NCBI GenBank assembly: GCA_964016885.1
Contig: OZ024742.1
Location: 194,308,001-194,372,000 of the forward strand
Source of the DNA: Eledone cirrhosa
Taxonomy: Eukaryota
Direction: 5' to 3'
DNA: 64,000 nucleotides
The notes under the pieces are model-generated. The model saw nothing but the letters and a program-made list of their open reading frames with translations, had not been told where the DNA came from and ran no database searches. The translations under genes and the position numbers were made by a program. Numbering within the stretch: position 1 is the first letter of the stretch; every line of letters begins with the position of its first letter. This document shows, one piece after another, positions 28,316 through 40,527 of this stretch.

Positions 28316-30190
28316 TATATATATATATATATATATTTCTTTAGGTTTGTTGGTTCACCACTGGATAGAGTTGGCCATTCCGTATGGTCAATCTTGGTGT
28401 AATATTGCGGAGAGTACTCAACGTAGTGCAGTTCACCCGTCTTCAGAGACTGAGAGGACGACTGACCAACTAGCTGCTTTCACCTCGGCCAGTCGCCCTC
28501 AAAGTGATGGCTACCCGGTCTGCTAATGACCATCTGGTGAGGGGGCGAAGGCTTATTATGTACTACCACCTCTCTGTCAAAGAATAAAAAAGGGGAAGAA
28601 AGAAAGAAAGAAAGAAAGAGAGAAAGAAAGAAGAAAACAGAAAGAAGTCAGCGTAAGGGTCACACTACAGTCATGCTAGGAAACTCAGCGAAAAATGTTA
28701 TTCCAAAGAATCTATATTTTAACAAAGGCATATATAATGGGTGTCTGTATAGTCTAATGTGTGAACAGAAAATTGGAACGTTACACTTATGTTACGAGTT
28801 ATAGAATGAAATTAAATTAAAAAATAATAAATTGAAAAATAAATAAAAAAAATTAAAAAATTATTAGAAAATTAAAGATTAAGGTAGCGAGATTTATTTA
28901 ATGAACTTACAGAGAGAGTCTTATATGAAAAAGTTAATCTCGATAAGATATCAGGGTGGGATATAGAGTAAAGATTAAAGCCTTCGATTGTGAATCCCAG
29001 CCAGCACCTCCTAACCACGTGTCAGCCAGTTTCAAGTGGTATCGTCCAGCGAAAGAAATGGAAATTAATTTTTCAAAGTACTCTAGGAACGTAGCTACCT
29101 TAGGCCCCGGGTGTGCTAGCGGGAAGTCTACAATTTCGACAGGCCATCGTCTATACCAAACGAATACTATTCATTCACACATGAGGGATTTATTTACGTG
29201 CCAGTAGAGGCATGATACAGCTAACAGTTATGCCTAAGTCTGGAGTTTATAGGTATAAGTATAATATGGCGGTCAAAACAGGCGGCGCGGCGGGCGAGGG
29301 TCAAAGTCATCCGCTCCGAGTAATTTCCTTTACCGAAAGAGGGGAAATGTATTTTTCCAAGCACTCATGGAAGGCTGAACTTTCCAAGCGCCTGGCACGT
29401 AAATAAACCCCTCATGTGTGAATTAATAGTATTCGTTTGGTATAGACGATAGCCTGTCCGCTAGCACACCCGGAGCCTAAGATAGCTACGTTCCTAGAGT
29501 ACTCGGAAAAATTAATTTCCATTTCTTTCGCTGGAGGATACCACTTGAAACTGACTGACACGTGGTTAGGAGGTGCTGACTGGGATTCACAATCGAAGGC
29601 TTTAATCTTTACTCTATATCCCACCCTGATATCTTATCGAGATTAACTTGTTCATATAAGACTCTCTCTGTAAGTTCATTAAATAAATCTCGCTACCTTA
29701 ATCTTTAATTTTCTAATAATTTTTGTTTATGTTTTATTTATTTTCAATTTATTATCTTTAAATTTAATTTCATCCTATAACTCGTAACATAAGTGTAACG
29801 TTCCAATTATCTGTTCACACATTAGACTATACAGACACCCATTATATATGCCTTTGTTAAAATATAGATTCTTTGGAATAACATTTTTCGCGGAGTTTTC
29901 TAGCATATCTCTAGTGTGACCCTTACGCTGACTTCTTTCTTTTTTCTTCTTTCTTTCTTTATTTCTTTCTTCTTCCTGTCTTTCTTTCTTTCTTCCCCCT
30001 TTTTATTCTTTGACGCAGAGGTGGTAGTACATTATAAGCCTTCGCCGCTTAACTAGATGGTCATTAGCAGACCGAGTAGCCATCACTTTGAGGGCGACTG
30101 GCCGAGGTGAAAGCAGCTAGTTGGTCATCGTCCTCTCTGTCTCTGATTTTTCGGACCCATATTTTTTCATATTCCTTTGTTATATTTCGA

Positions 30191-30248
30191 ATACCTGATG
30201 ATATCACCGGATTCATATGGAACCCGGTCATTGAAATGATCATAGTAT
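30191..30248 (+). ncRNA. Minimal type I HHR (family G), copy 1
   Basis: atac-CTGATGA-tatcaccggattcatatggaacccggtcatt-GAAA-tgatca-TA-gtat. Confidence 0.85.
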
Positions 30249-31870
30249 AATAAACCTTTCAAGGATTCACACCAGTCCAGCCTCCTGTTATTTTATTTAT
30301 AATTATCTCCGTATTCGCAACACCAACTACACAAACAAAGACGGGTGAACTGCACTACGTTGAGTACTCTCCACAATATTACACCAATATTGACCATACG
30401 GAATGACCAATTCTATCCAGTGGTGAACCAACAAACCTAAATAAATAATGCTCCAATAATGTTGAGTACTTCCAGATGTAATATTGAACAGCGGCACTGA
30501 CTTCAGTGTACAGCTACCGCTAGCATGGGATTAACTGATCTACTTACCATTCGGATTTTGGCAGCTCTGTGCTTTATCTACCGCCCACCCGAAGCTGCTT
30601 CCTTGTCGGGAATATTCGGATTCCGACAAAATTCTACGTATTATACTAAAACATGTATTGTATTGACTGAATTCTCTACTCTATACCTCAGGACTTTTGT
30701 GTGACTCACACTGAATTCGGAGACCCGAACTTTACACTAGGTACCCCCTGTTACCATTCCATCTCTTCCATCCTCTATATCTATATGTACAACCTGTATT
30801 ATCTGACTACAACTTGATCTATATTGTAGTTCCCCTTACTTTGATTCCTCCGATATGTTCTTATATACTTCCTTCTTACTACATCACTACCCTATCTATG
30901 AAGGCATTTTATTTATGTATTTTACTTTTTACTTTTATTAGCTTATTAATGTATTTTTATCAATGTATTCTTTATCTTTGTATTTTATCTTTGTATCCTG
31001 CATTTATTTATTTGTAACTTTCCTTACTCATGTCATTATGGACCTTTCATAGCCCCTTACCCACCAAAGAACCACACTACTTATAAACAGGACTAACTGG
31101 AACTTTAAAATATTTATAGTCTATTTGCACTTTTCATTGGGTTTTGCTACCTTCGACTGATGTGGTGGCTTATCCCGGCTGCGCGCCGGGCGCTCGCAGA
31201 GTTCAGCCTGCCTTGAGTGCTTGGAAAAATAAATTTCCCCTCTTTCGGTAAACGAAATTACTCGGAGCGGTTGGCTTTGCCCCGGGCCCGCCGCGCCGCC
31301 TGTTTTGACCGCCATATTATACTTATACCTATAAACTCCAGGCTTAGGCATAACTGTTAGCTGTATCATGCCTCTACTGGCACGTAAATAAACCCCTCAC
31401 GTGTGAATTAATAGTATTCGTTTGGTATAGACGATGGCCTGTCGAAATTGTAGACTTCCCCCTAGCACACCCGGGGCCTAAGGTAGCTACGATCCTAGAG
31501 TACTTTGAAAAATTAATTTCTATTTCTTTCGCTGGACGATACCACTCGAAACTGGCTGACACGTGGTTAGGAGGTGCTGACTGGGATTCACAATCGAAGG
31601 ATTTAATCTTTACTCTACATCCCACCCTGATATCTTATCGAGATTAACTTTTTCATATAACACTCTCTCTGTAAGTTCATTAAATAAATCTCGCTACCTT
31701 AATCTTTAATCTTCTAATAATTTTTTAATTTCTTTTATTTATTTTTCAATATATTATTTGTTTAATTTAATTTCATCCTATAACTCGTAACGTAAGTTTA
31801 ACGTTCCAAATTTCTGTCCACACATTATACCATACAGACACCCATTATATATACCTTTGTTATATTTCGA

Positions 31871-31928
31871 ATACCTGATGATATCACCGGATTCATATGG
31901 AACCCGGTCATTGAAATGATCATAGTAT
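31871..31928 (+). ncRNA. Minimal type I HHR (family G), copy 2
   Basis: Identical to 30191-30248. Confidence 0.85.
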
Positions 31929-31974
31929 AATAAACCTTTCAAGGATTTACACCAGTCTAGCCTCCAGTTATTTT

Positions 31975-32022
<48 letters not shown>

Positions 32023-32599
32023 GAACTCCTTATATTGTAGAGTTTTTTTCGAATGCTCTTTACTGTTGTTTCATGTAAACAGACATTCGTCTCATTCTGA
32101 CATCACCAGCCCTGTCTCTACATGTGCGTTTTTCTTCATAATTACGCATGATGTTGAACTAGCCAGCTTTTAAATTCCCTTTTTGGCATATTATAAACAG
32201 TGGCCTCTTAGTTATCGTGGCTTTAGGCTCTGCTGATGATCGATTCCAACCGTGACCATCCCCACTGAAAGTTTCGTGAAATAATCTTTAAGACTATACA
32301 GAGCATTGTAGTTTTTCCAAATTGAAGGATGAGTATTTTAAACTTTATATTATTCTGAGTTAAGGCTCTATTGATTTTTCCCTGGATTTCACCAAATTCT
32401 GTGGATGAATCTATATCCTGATTCTTTTTGAATTGAGTTTGAATTATTTTCCCACATCTTACGTTAACTAATTTTCCATTTTGATGCTATAGTCACTTAT
32501 ATATTATGGAATACTGTTAGCTTCTTGCTACAATAATTTCTATACTTTTCATTTATATATAATATATATGTATATATACATACATACATGATGGCTGCA

Positions 32600-33430
32600 A
32601 ACTCGTGTTCAAGCATTGATATCGCCCGATAAAATGCTCAAAAATGTGAGGCACGAATGTGGTTCTTTAAACCCTCTGGTACATACATGGTTCCTCTAGG
32701 ACTTTCCATTGCTTGTTCTGACTGTATGTTCACATGTGTCTTTTAAGACCTCCCATGCGAGTTCATTCCTTGCCACATTTCTTACACCTTTTCAGATCAT
32801 AATCTACATGAGGTCTACTGATAAGGCTCAGTTCGTGTCTTGTCAAACCAGCTTTGCTCAGACAGAGTCGACAACATGTGCTGGCAAACCAGATAATGTT
32901 CAACAGCAGGCAGTTCAGAACAGTATCTTTTCCTTACCCTCCTTTTCAGTGTTAGGTGTTCACCCTGATGAGTTTCAAAGAGTTCACTACCTGACTTTCT
33001 CAAAAGTCACCACTTCACACGCTCCTCAGCCATTTTCTCCCATTCGTCAGATGGAATTCCAGCGCAACCCAAGATGCCCCTGACACAGTCCCAGTAACGC
33101 AATTTTGGTTTGTGTGGTAATCGCCTTCCTTCACACAGTTCTCCGTAGAGAGGTTGGAATAGGATCATCAGACATCCGTAGCAGGTGTCCGCACCACCTC
33201 AACCGATGCCGAAATATCATGCTCTCTATAGTCACGCACCTGCTCCATCTGAGTACTTCCAAATCACCGATGAACATTTTCCATGGCACCCCAAGTAACT
33301 TACAAAGAGATTGTTGGCGAAACCTCTCCACTTCCTTGAGGTGCTTTCTGCTGTGACCCACGTTCCACAAGCATAAAGCAAAGAGGAGACGACGCAAGTC
33401 AGACACACTTTCACCTTGGTTTCGATAGTG
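32600..33430 (-). mobile_element. RTE-clade LINE 3' fragment
   Basis: LLYACGTW, ERFRQQSLCKLLGVPW, HRLRWCGHLLRMSDDPIP; frameshifted. Confidence 0.8.
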
Positions 33431-33727
33431 ATAATTCATCTGGACCAAAAAAAACATAATACATACATACATATATACATATATACATGCATACATACAT
33501 ATATATATATATGTGTGTGTGGTCTGTGTTGTATGTATCTATGTCTTGTCTGTATATTTTGTTATCCATTATAATGTGTGTGCAAGACTTTTAAAATAAT
33601 TATATGGAAAATATAATCAATTAACATCCCTTTAAAGCGGAACTCCACAATAGCCGTTGTCAAATGTCAGGAACCGGGAAAAGAATAGAAAAACAAATAA
33701 ACTAAACTGTATCCATTCAAATCTTTC

Positions 33728-33759
<32 letters not shown>

Positions 33760-35928
33760 GGGGGGGGGGGGCGCGTCTGTGTGAGTGTTTTAAGTACGCT
33801 TGTGAATGTGAAAATAAGTGTTTGGGAAGATATACTTCTGTGTGTGTATATGTGTGTGTGTTTGTATGTATTTGTGTACATTTGTGAGTTTCAGAGTGGA
33901 AGTAAGTGCTTGTGAAGTTATATCTATGTGTAGAGTACGTTTTTGAGTGTGTCTGTGAAGATATACCTATGTGTACGTGTGTATATATGTGTGTGTTTGA
34001 GTATGTTTGTGAGTGTGAATGTGAAAGTAAGTGTATCTGAAATTATATCTGTCGGTATGTGTGTATGCATGTGTGTCGGTGTATGTGTTTGAGTACGTTT
34101 GAGAGTGTCTGTGTGTGAAAGCGCATATTTCTGAAGATATATCTCTGTGTGTTTTTCTAATATATATACATAGACCTCAGTGTTTCCTCTAAAAGATTAA
34201 AGTCAATCACGTACATTAAACAATGTTCACCTACACCTACCCTGTGTGGTGCCCCAAAGCAGAAATATCGCATCTCATAATTACTAATTCATTATCGTAT
34301 TCTAGCAGTATTTATTTTTTGTTATGGCTATTCTTATAGTTGCATAGTAATTAATGCAAATTCGATGTCATAAAGCAAACGAATTCCTTTGTAGTTTATC
34401 GTAAAGAAAATGTTATTTAGCGATTGTATGTTGAATAACTGTTGTTTGTGAACTCTGTACGATAACTACCACATTTATTTGTCTTGTTCATATTCAGCAA
34501 ACCTCCACAACGTAACAGTGCAGCTTTTCTAGCAGCTCCAACGCATTTATTTTGTATAACGGCCATCATACGATATTATCACACGTTGCACAATTGATAG
34601 ATTTATCATTTGAAATAGGAATCTTCTTCATTATCTCTCAACGCCCTGTTCCACATGAAACCTCATTTACAAGGCATTTCTGGAAGGTACTAAACGGCAC
34701 TTTGACTGCATCACATTAATAAACTGTCTTTACTTTATTTTACTGCAAATGTGCTCAAAAGTATTTAAACATTTGAATTAAGAAACTTGCTATTAGATAT
34801 TTATCTTCTAAATCTTCTATCGGGTATTAAAATCCAAAATTTACTACTGTAATAATGGTGATGATGCTGTTATGGAAATGAAGAATATTGTGTTGACTTA
34901 TAATGCTGAACTCTATAGAAATTCCTCGGTTAAACCTCACACAGTCTGACAAATAAAGAGAAAATGCGGGCCCTGCTGACAGAAGTATTGTTCGACTTTA
35001 ATGATTTATGATTTTTAGAAGACAAAATTATCAAATGATGTTAGAATGCGTGTTATTGCTCAGTCAGTCAATGCCAGTGTAGTAATAGTGTAATACTTTC
35101 TTGATAACTGCCGAAGAAATGGAAGCGAAGTCAATGCCAGTAGATTTCCTTATCTGTGGCCAACAAAATATCAAGTTTTTCAATATCCTACGCCTTAGCA
35201 AACATAATTCGAGTGAAGAGGTCATAGAGAGAGTCTCGACATGGTCGTTTGATCTGCTAACGATAACAACACACCCTTTCTCAATTTTTCATCATATTAA
35301 GTAGTTTTATCTCAGACAATATTTTAATCATCCGTATACTATATTTGAGCTCAATTAAGACCTGAACAGCAATAACACCAATAGTTTCATTTCACAGAAT
35401 TTGATAAAACCTAGGCGGTAGATTTCGATCAATATATTTCATTGACAAACAGATCGTTTTTCTAACGTTCAGCAATTGGAAAACCAATAAACATCACAGA
35501 TAATTCCCCTAAAACTATTTCACTATACATTAATTCACTGGAGCAATATAAAAACGATGGCATAAAGCATGTAATAGTAATATAAACTATTGCGAGATAA
35601 TGTCAATAAAACAAGCCTCGCTGGGTTATGTTTCTATCGACGGTTTATGTTTTATCTTTCCGAAAAACCTACCGTTAGATTAAAGTTTTTTTTGTCGCAT
35701 AGTTTTATTTTTTGCCTTTGTATATCAGGTATATAATTCGAATTGGCTGTTTAAGGACATGACTGGCTCCACTGAGACAGAGATACTTATTAAGAGTAGA
35801 GTGTACTATTTTTATGTATACTCTACCAACAGGTATTTTTATATTATTTTTTATAATTGTTGTTTATCACCAGTTGTAAGCACACGCATACACACGCACA
35901 CACACACGCACACACACACACACACACG

Positions 35929-36001
<73 letters not shown>

Positions 36002-36189
36002 TATATATGTATAAATAGCTGTCGAAACGGCCGGAGTTCAGCTGTCGGGGTCCCGACTCTTTTCCTATATATTAATACATATGTTTATATATATATATAG
36101 TAATAATAATAAATTTGAAAACTAAAATCCAAAGAGGGCTCAATAAGGATAGATATATATCAGATATATAAGAAACGTAGGGCAAATAT

Positions 36190-36290
36190 TTATTAAAATA
36201 ACAGATTATAGTTTAAGCAAAGAATCGCTGCTTTCACCCTTAACGGGATCTTCTGAAAATAAAAACGTCAATCTGTGAACGCAGAAGTTA
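36190..36290 (-). mobile_element. Module X (HHR-like, core CAGAAGA)
   Basis: Minus strand: CAGAAGA-tcccgttaagggt-GAAA-gcagcgattctttgctt; copies at 53113-53210 and partially at 39713-39760. Confidence 0.6.
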
Positions 36291-36489
36291 ATATTTCAAA
36301 AAACGTTGCAACCGAAGGAAGACAGGAAGACGATGCTTTGGTTCATGGAAACATTCTCTGGCAATGGACGGAAAAAACGAAGATAATACGTCATTATGTG
36401 AACCGTAGGGTATCATGTGGGGCTGTAATACAGGAAAGTTTTGTGCAATTTATGTTTACAAGCCGAAATTGCCTCAGATCTTTTGTTTA

Positions 36490-36750
36490 AGATGTGTGTA
36501 TATTTATATACGTTTATTTAATTATGTATACACGCACACACATACACATATATATATATATATTTTTATATATATTTTTATGTGTATTTGGTGTATACGT
36601 TCGTATGTGTGCGGGTACAGGCGTCGCGTGGATTCTGTATGCGCGTGCGTGTTTTATTTTGTGTACGTGCTTGTATTTGCAAACCCATGGCGAGTGCTTT
36701 CGCGTATGCTTGTGTATGTACGTATATGGATGCACGTATGTATATAATTA
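36490..36750 (-). repeat. Module Y dispersed repeat
   Basis: Reverse complement of ~53323-53585. Confidence 0.75.
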
Positions 36751-36751
36751 A

Positions 36752-37100
36752 TTCAAATGGGTTCAAACAAAGTCGTACTACAATTTCTCAAATTTTGACT
36801 CTTAGACGAAGTATTGAGGACGTCAAGTCCAAGAAGATTTCAGCAGTTTTAACATGTATAGACTTTCAAAAGTTCTTCGATTCAATGAATCTATAAAATA
36901 TTTTGAAAAGTCTTCAAATTTATGGCTTCCTTCAGAAAATTGTTCAAGCCACTGGTGTCTTGTACGAGAATACCATAGCGAAACCGATTTCGTCGAAATT
37001 AAGAATAGAGTACTTTAGGGTGATTCTCTGTCTCCATGCATTTTTATTATAGTGATAGATTACGTTATTAGATATAATGTTCAAGGTCATGAGAATTATG
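36752..37100 (+). mobile_element. Decayed LINE RT fragment (RTE-like)
   Basis: NGFKQSRTTISQILTLRRSIE..VLTCIDFQKFFDS and QGDSLSP-like remnant. Confidence 0.7.
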
Positions 37101-37142
37101 GTTTTACTTTAAACCGAACTACTGCTAGGGAACAACTTCATC

Positions 37143-37768
37143 CGACATATGTATACAGATGCATACCTATGCCCTTACAGAAACTAATTAGTTGGAGTGA
37201 AATTTTAGTAAGTAAGTCAATGTTCATAACTTTCTTATTTACGTCTTTCATATAATTGTTCTGCATCCCGTGCATAGAACCACAAAGTTACTAAGACAAA
37301 ACATATATATTTGCTGGCATAGGTATGCATCTGTATACATATGTCGGTAGATATACTAATTCTTTATAATTATCTCCAAATTGTTTGTTGAGCAAAATTT
37401 GCCGAAATTACTACTGTGATTAATAGTAGTGGCTAGGCTCTGTCTTAATAGCACCCCACTCCTGGCTGATTAACCTCAGTGTCACGTGATTGATTCTTTT
37501 GAATTTGCCACTTGACCAAGTAGGCAGTGAATTTTTCAATGTCTTGGAATCTAGCCCCGTTCTTTTTTTTCCATCCACTGAATTATTTTTATATAAGTTC
37601 CCAGTGTCCCCGCATTGCCTGGAAGCTTAGCTGAGAATAGACTCCCAGATGACGTAAGGCTTCTCTATGGAAACGATAAGTAACCATATTTATCCCCTTA
37701 CAGAAACTAATTAGTTGGAGTGAAATTTTAGTAAGTAATTCAATTTCCATAACTTTCTTATTTACGTC

Positions 37769-37775
<7 letters not shown>
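37143..37775 (+). mobile_element. Family J insert with ~80 bp direct repeats and an internal inversion
   Basis: 37173-37254 repeats at 37695-37776; 37143-37174 is inverted at 37316-37347; ends in (TA)n. Confidence 0.75.
37641..37721 (+). ncRNA. Minimal HHR (family J, core CAGAUGA)
   Basis: actcc-CAGATGA-cgtaagg..ccttaca-GAAA-ctaattag-TT-ggagt; all three stems pair. Confidence 0.65.
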
Positions 37776-37821
<46 letters not shown>

Positions 37822-37827
<6 letters not shown>

Positions 37828-38195
37828 ATTAAATAAATGGAAAACTATATTTATAAAACCATATCTATTTCATTATATATATTTCGGGGATATCATATTA
37901 ACAATATGCTATGCCTTCATCAGACAAAATACAATATAAACAGTTTTATAGATAAATATATTAGACATACCGTAATAAACATCAACTTCATTTGGAGAGG
38001 TTTACGCTAGCGTAAACCTCTCCAAATGAAGTTGATGTTTATTACGGTATGTCTAATATATTTATCTTTAAAACTGTTTATATTGTATTTTGTCTGATGA
38101 AGGCATAGCATATTGTTAATATGATATCCCCGAAATATATATAATGAAATAGATATGGTTTTATAAATATAGTTTTCCATTTATTTAATATTGTA
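37822..38195. repeat. 374 bp loopless palindrome (family E) with an HHR motif in each arm
   Basis: Centre TTTACGCT|AGCGTAAA at 38008/38009; 187 bp arms; CTGATGA 38094-38100 and GAAAtatataTA from 38132. Confidence 0.92.
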
Positions 38196-38279
38196 AATAT
38201 ACTCCAAATATTTGTCGAGTGCTTTTATATCAGTTATAAATATTTACTAGTTGTAACCCAACAATTTTAAATATAACTT

Positions 38280-38350
<71 letters not shown>

Positions 38351-39861
38351 ATTGAATTCCGATCGACCACTCTAACCTTTGAGGTAAAAGTCCTTTGCCG
38401 AAATATCCTGTCTAAATTAGAAGCTATACGAACACTTTGGAGGAAACCTCTTACGTTAGAATGCCAGTTTACATAGAGTTGTTTTTTTTTACATTTAAGA
38501 TTTCCATACATCTTCTAATTTAGAGTTAATGTGTTGCCAGAGGTCGTTTAGCTTACTGATTAGAACACTCGACCTGGGTTAGTGGCACGTGGAATTTCAT
38601 TTTTTGGAGAGGTTCCTCATCACTTTGTACCGTCCAAATAATTTCCAATACGAGTGCTAATTATATGCAAATTAGTGTCGTCCATTTCAAAATAATACTA
38701 AAATGAATGTGTATATTTACCCATCAAATACGTGTTTCCTTGAATGATATACACGCCTTCAAATGAGGGTCCAATTAGATACGAAACTCGATTCACGTTT
38801 CTTCATCATTTTTTTTTTCAAATTACACTGAAATTCGTATTTTCTGGCATGCTTACATGTCTAAATATTAAGTATGTGTACATTCGTGTGGTCACGGTTT
38901 CTCACTCTGTATTTTTACATTTGTGTATGACTTTATCATATATATACATGAATTAAATCTGATTTAATGGAAGCTATCACGTATGTGCAGATATACTACG
39001 ACATGCAATGAATTAAGTGTTCTACCTATTTTTTTTATTATTTCATATGCTTTATATATTCATACTTGGTGCATCCAGGGAATGTTAACGGAAGAATATT
39101 TAATACAATTTATTCCAGTTTGAGTGATGTCTGCCTGTTACCTTCTTTCATTGAAAATAGTTCCCTTGCATATGAATTACTATGAAAACTACAAGCATAT
39201 AGTGAATATTATAGAATTATCTCTCAGAAAATAAATCTCTTACTTCAGGAGGCTCCAGATATTTACGCTCTTTTGAATTAATTGTAAACAGGCAGCAATA
39301 AATTCCACTAACAAATATTGTAAAAACATTGACAAATATATTCATAATATTTCATCCCTGTTTAGTAGAATATAATTTAAATCACATTACAATATCAATG
39401 AATTTACTGTCCAGGTTTCACATTTTTGTGAAGTGTATGGTGTGTTATATAGATTTTACACATTTTTTTTAGTCAGATAAACAAAAGAAAAAATAGCAAG
39501 ATCGAAATGTTCATGATTTGATTAATTTGTTGTTATTTTCTTTTATTTCTCATATATCTATTATTTACAAAATATTCATATCGGGTCTTGACTTCAACAA
39601 GGAGACGAAATAACTGTGTTCGGCTCTAGACCAGACATTAATAAATGGAAATATTTGATCTAATATTTTACACATCACAAAACATATATATATATATATT
39701 TATTTATTTATTTATTAAAATAACAAAGACTCGCTGCTTTCATCCTTTTAGTCTTCACATTTATTAGCAATTATCCCAGTGTAATAAAGTACCAGTAATA
39801 CACTGATTCAATTGCTGGCCTTGTGCCTAAAATAGAAATAATCATTATTATTATTATTGTT

Positions 39862-40108
39862 GTTGTTATTCCTTGAATCTCAGTCATTGCTGTTGGTTAA
39901 CTGGAAAGTCCGTTGGATTGAATATCAAGCCACTACCTGCAGCCTCAGATATTCAGGACGTATCGGAGGGTTCTTGCTGTTCCAAGCAAGCATGCCTTTT
40001 GAAGCGTTCCAAAAAGCGTGAAGGGGCCGATTTTCTTTAACCATCCCTGGAAAGTTTTGGAGATAGTCCCCAGTGCGCCTATGACAATCGGGATCACTTT
40101 GACTTCTA
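39862..40108 (-). mobile_element. 3' fragment of the second Dong-like family, between (TAA)n tracts
   Basis: EVKVIPIVIGALGTISKTFQGWLKKIG..LQKACLLGTARTLRYVLNI*. Confidence 0.8.
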
Positions 40109-40111
40109 TTA

Positions 40112-40179
<68 letters not shown>

Positions 40180-40213
40180 GCTGCATTTATCTTGCTTTAT
40201 GTACATATGAGTT

Positions 40214-40520
40214 AGGCGGTGGATTGGCAGTATCGGTAGAGTGTCGGACGCCATGCTTTAAGCATAGAGTTACATCCCTGTATGACCTGAGTTCAAATCC
40301 CACCGAGGTTAACTTTGCCTTTCATCCTTCCGGGGTCGATAAGTACCAGTAATGCACTGGGTAATTGCTGGTCTTGTGCGAAAAGTAGAAACAATTATTA
40401 TTATTATTATTATTCGAGGTTGACTTTGCCTTTCATCCTTACGGGTTCGATAAAATAAAGTACCAGTAATGTACTGGGTAATTGCTGGCCTTGTGCCTAA
40501 AGTAGAAACAATTATTATTA
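40214..40520 (+). mobile_element. SINE, full copy plus duplicated 3' half
   Basis: A/B boxes, core twice, (ATT)n tails. Confidence 0.85.
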
Positions 40521-40527
40521 TTATTAT

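Larger units (their letters stand above)
28340..31980 (+). mobile_element. ~2-kb non-autonomous HHR-bearing unit: inverted partial copy plus ~1.3 tandem copies, in (TA)n
   Basis: 29392-29859 repeats at 31377-31862; 30174-30300 repeats at 31854-31980; 28340-29400 is the reverse complement of the same unit; no RT or EN motif seen. Confidence 0.85.

Noticed and set aside
26897-28340. CRISPR-like alternation of repeats and unique pieces
   Set aside because: Repeats are variable-length microsatellites, inserts are mobile fragments, and there are no cas genes.
28956-29406. 83 aa and 64-82 aa ORFs repeated in the 2-kb unit copies
   Set aside because: Antisense to the HHR strand; about 10 of 83 residues differ between copies, so no sign of purifying selection; no domain recognised.
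31374-31650. Sense-strand open frame ending ..FTLHPTLISYRD, vaguely like SGNH block V
   Set aside because: Other SGNH blocks not seen and the inverted copy has a stop; needs a profile search on the consensus.
33600-35800. Host exons in the unique AT-rich stretch
   Set aside because: No convincing ORF or splice pattern; small exons cannot be excluded without transcript data.
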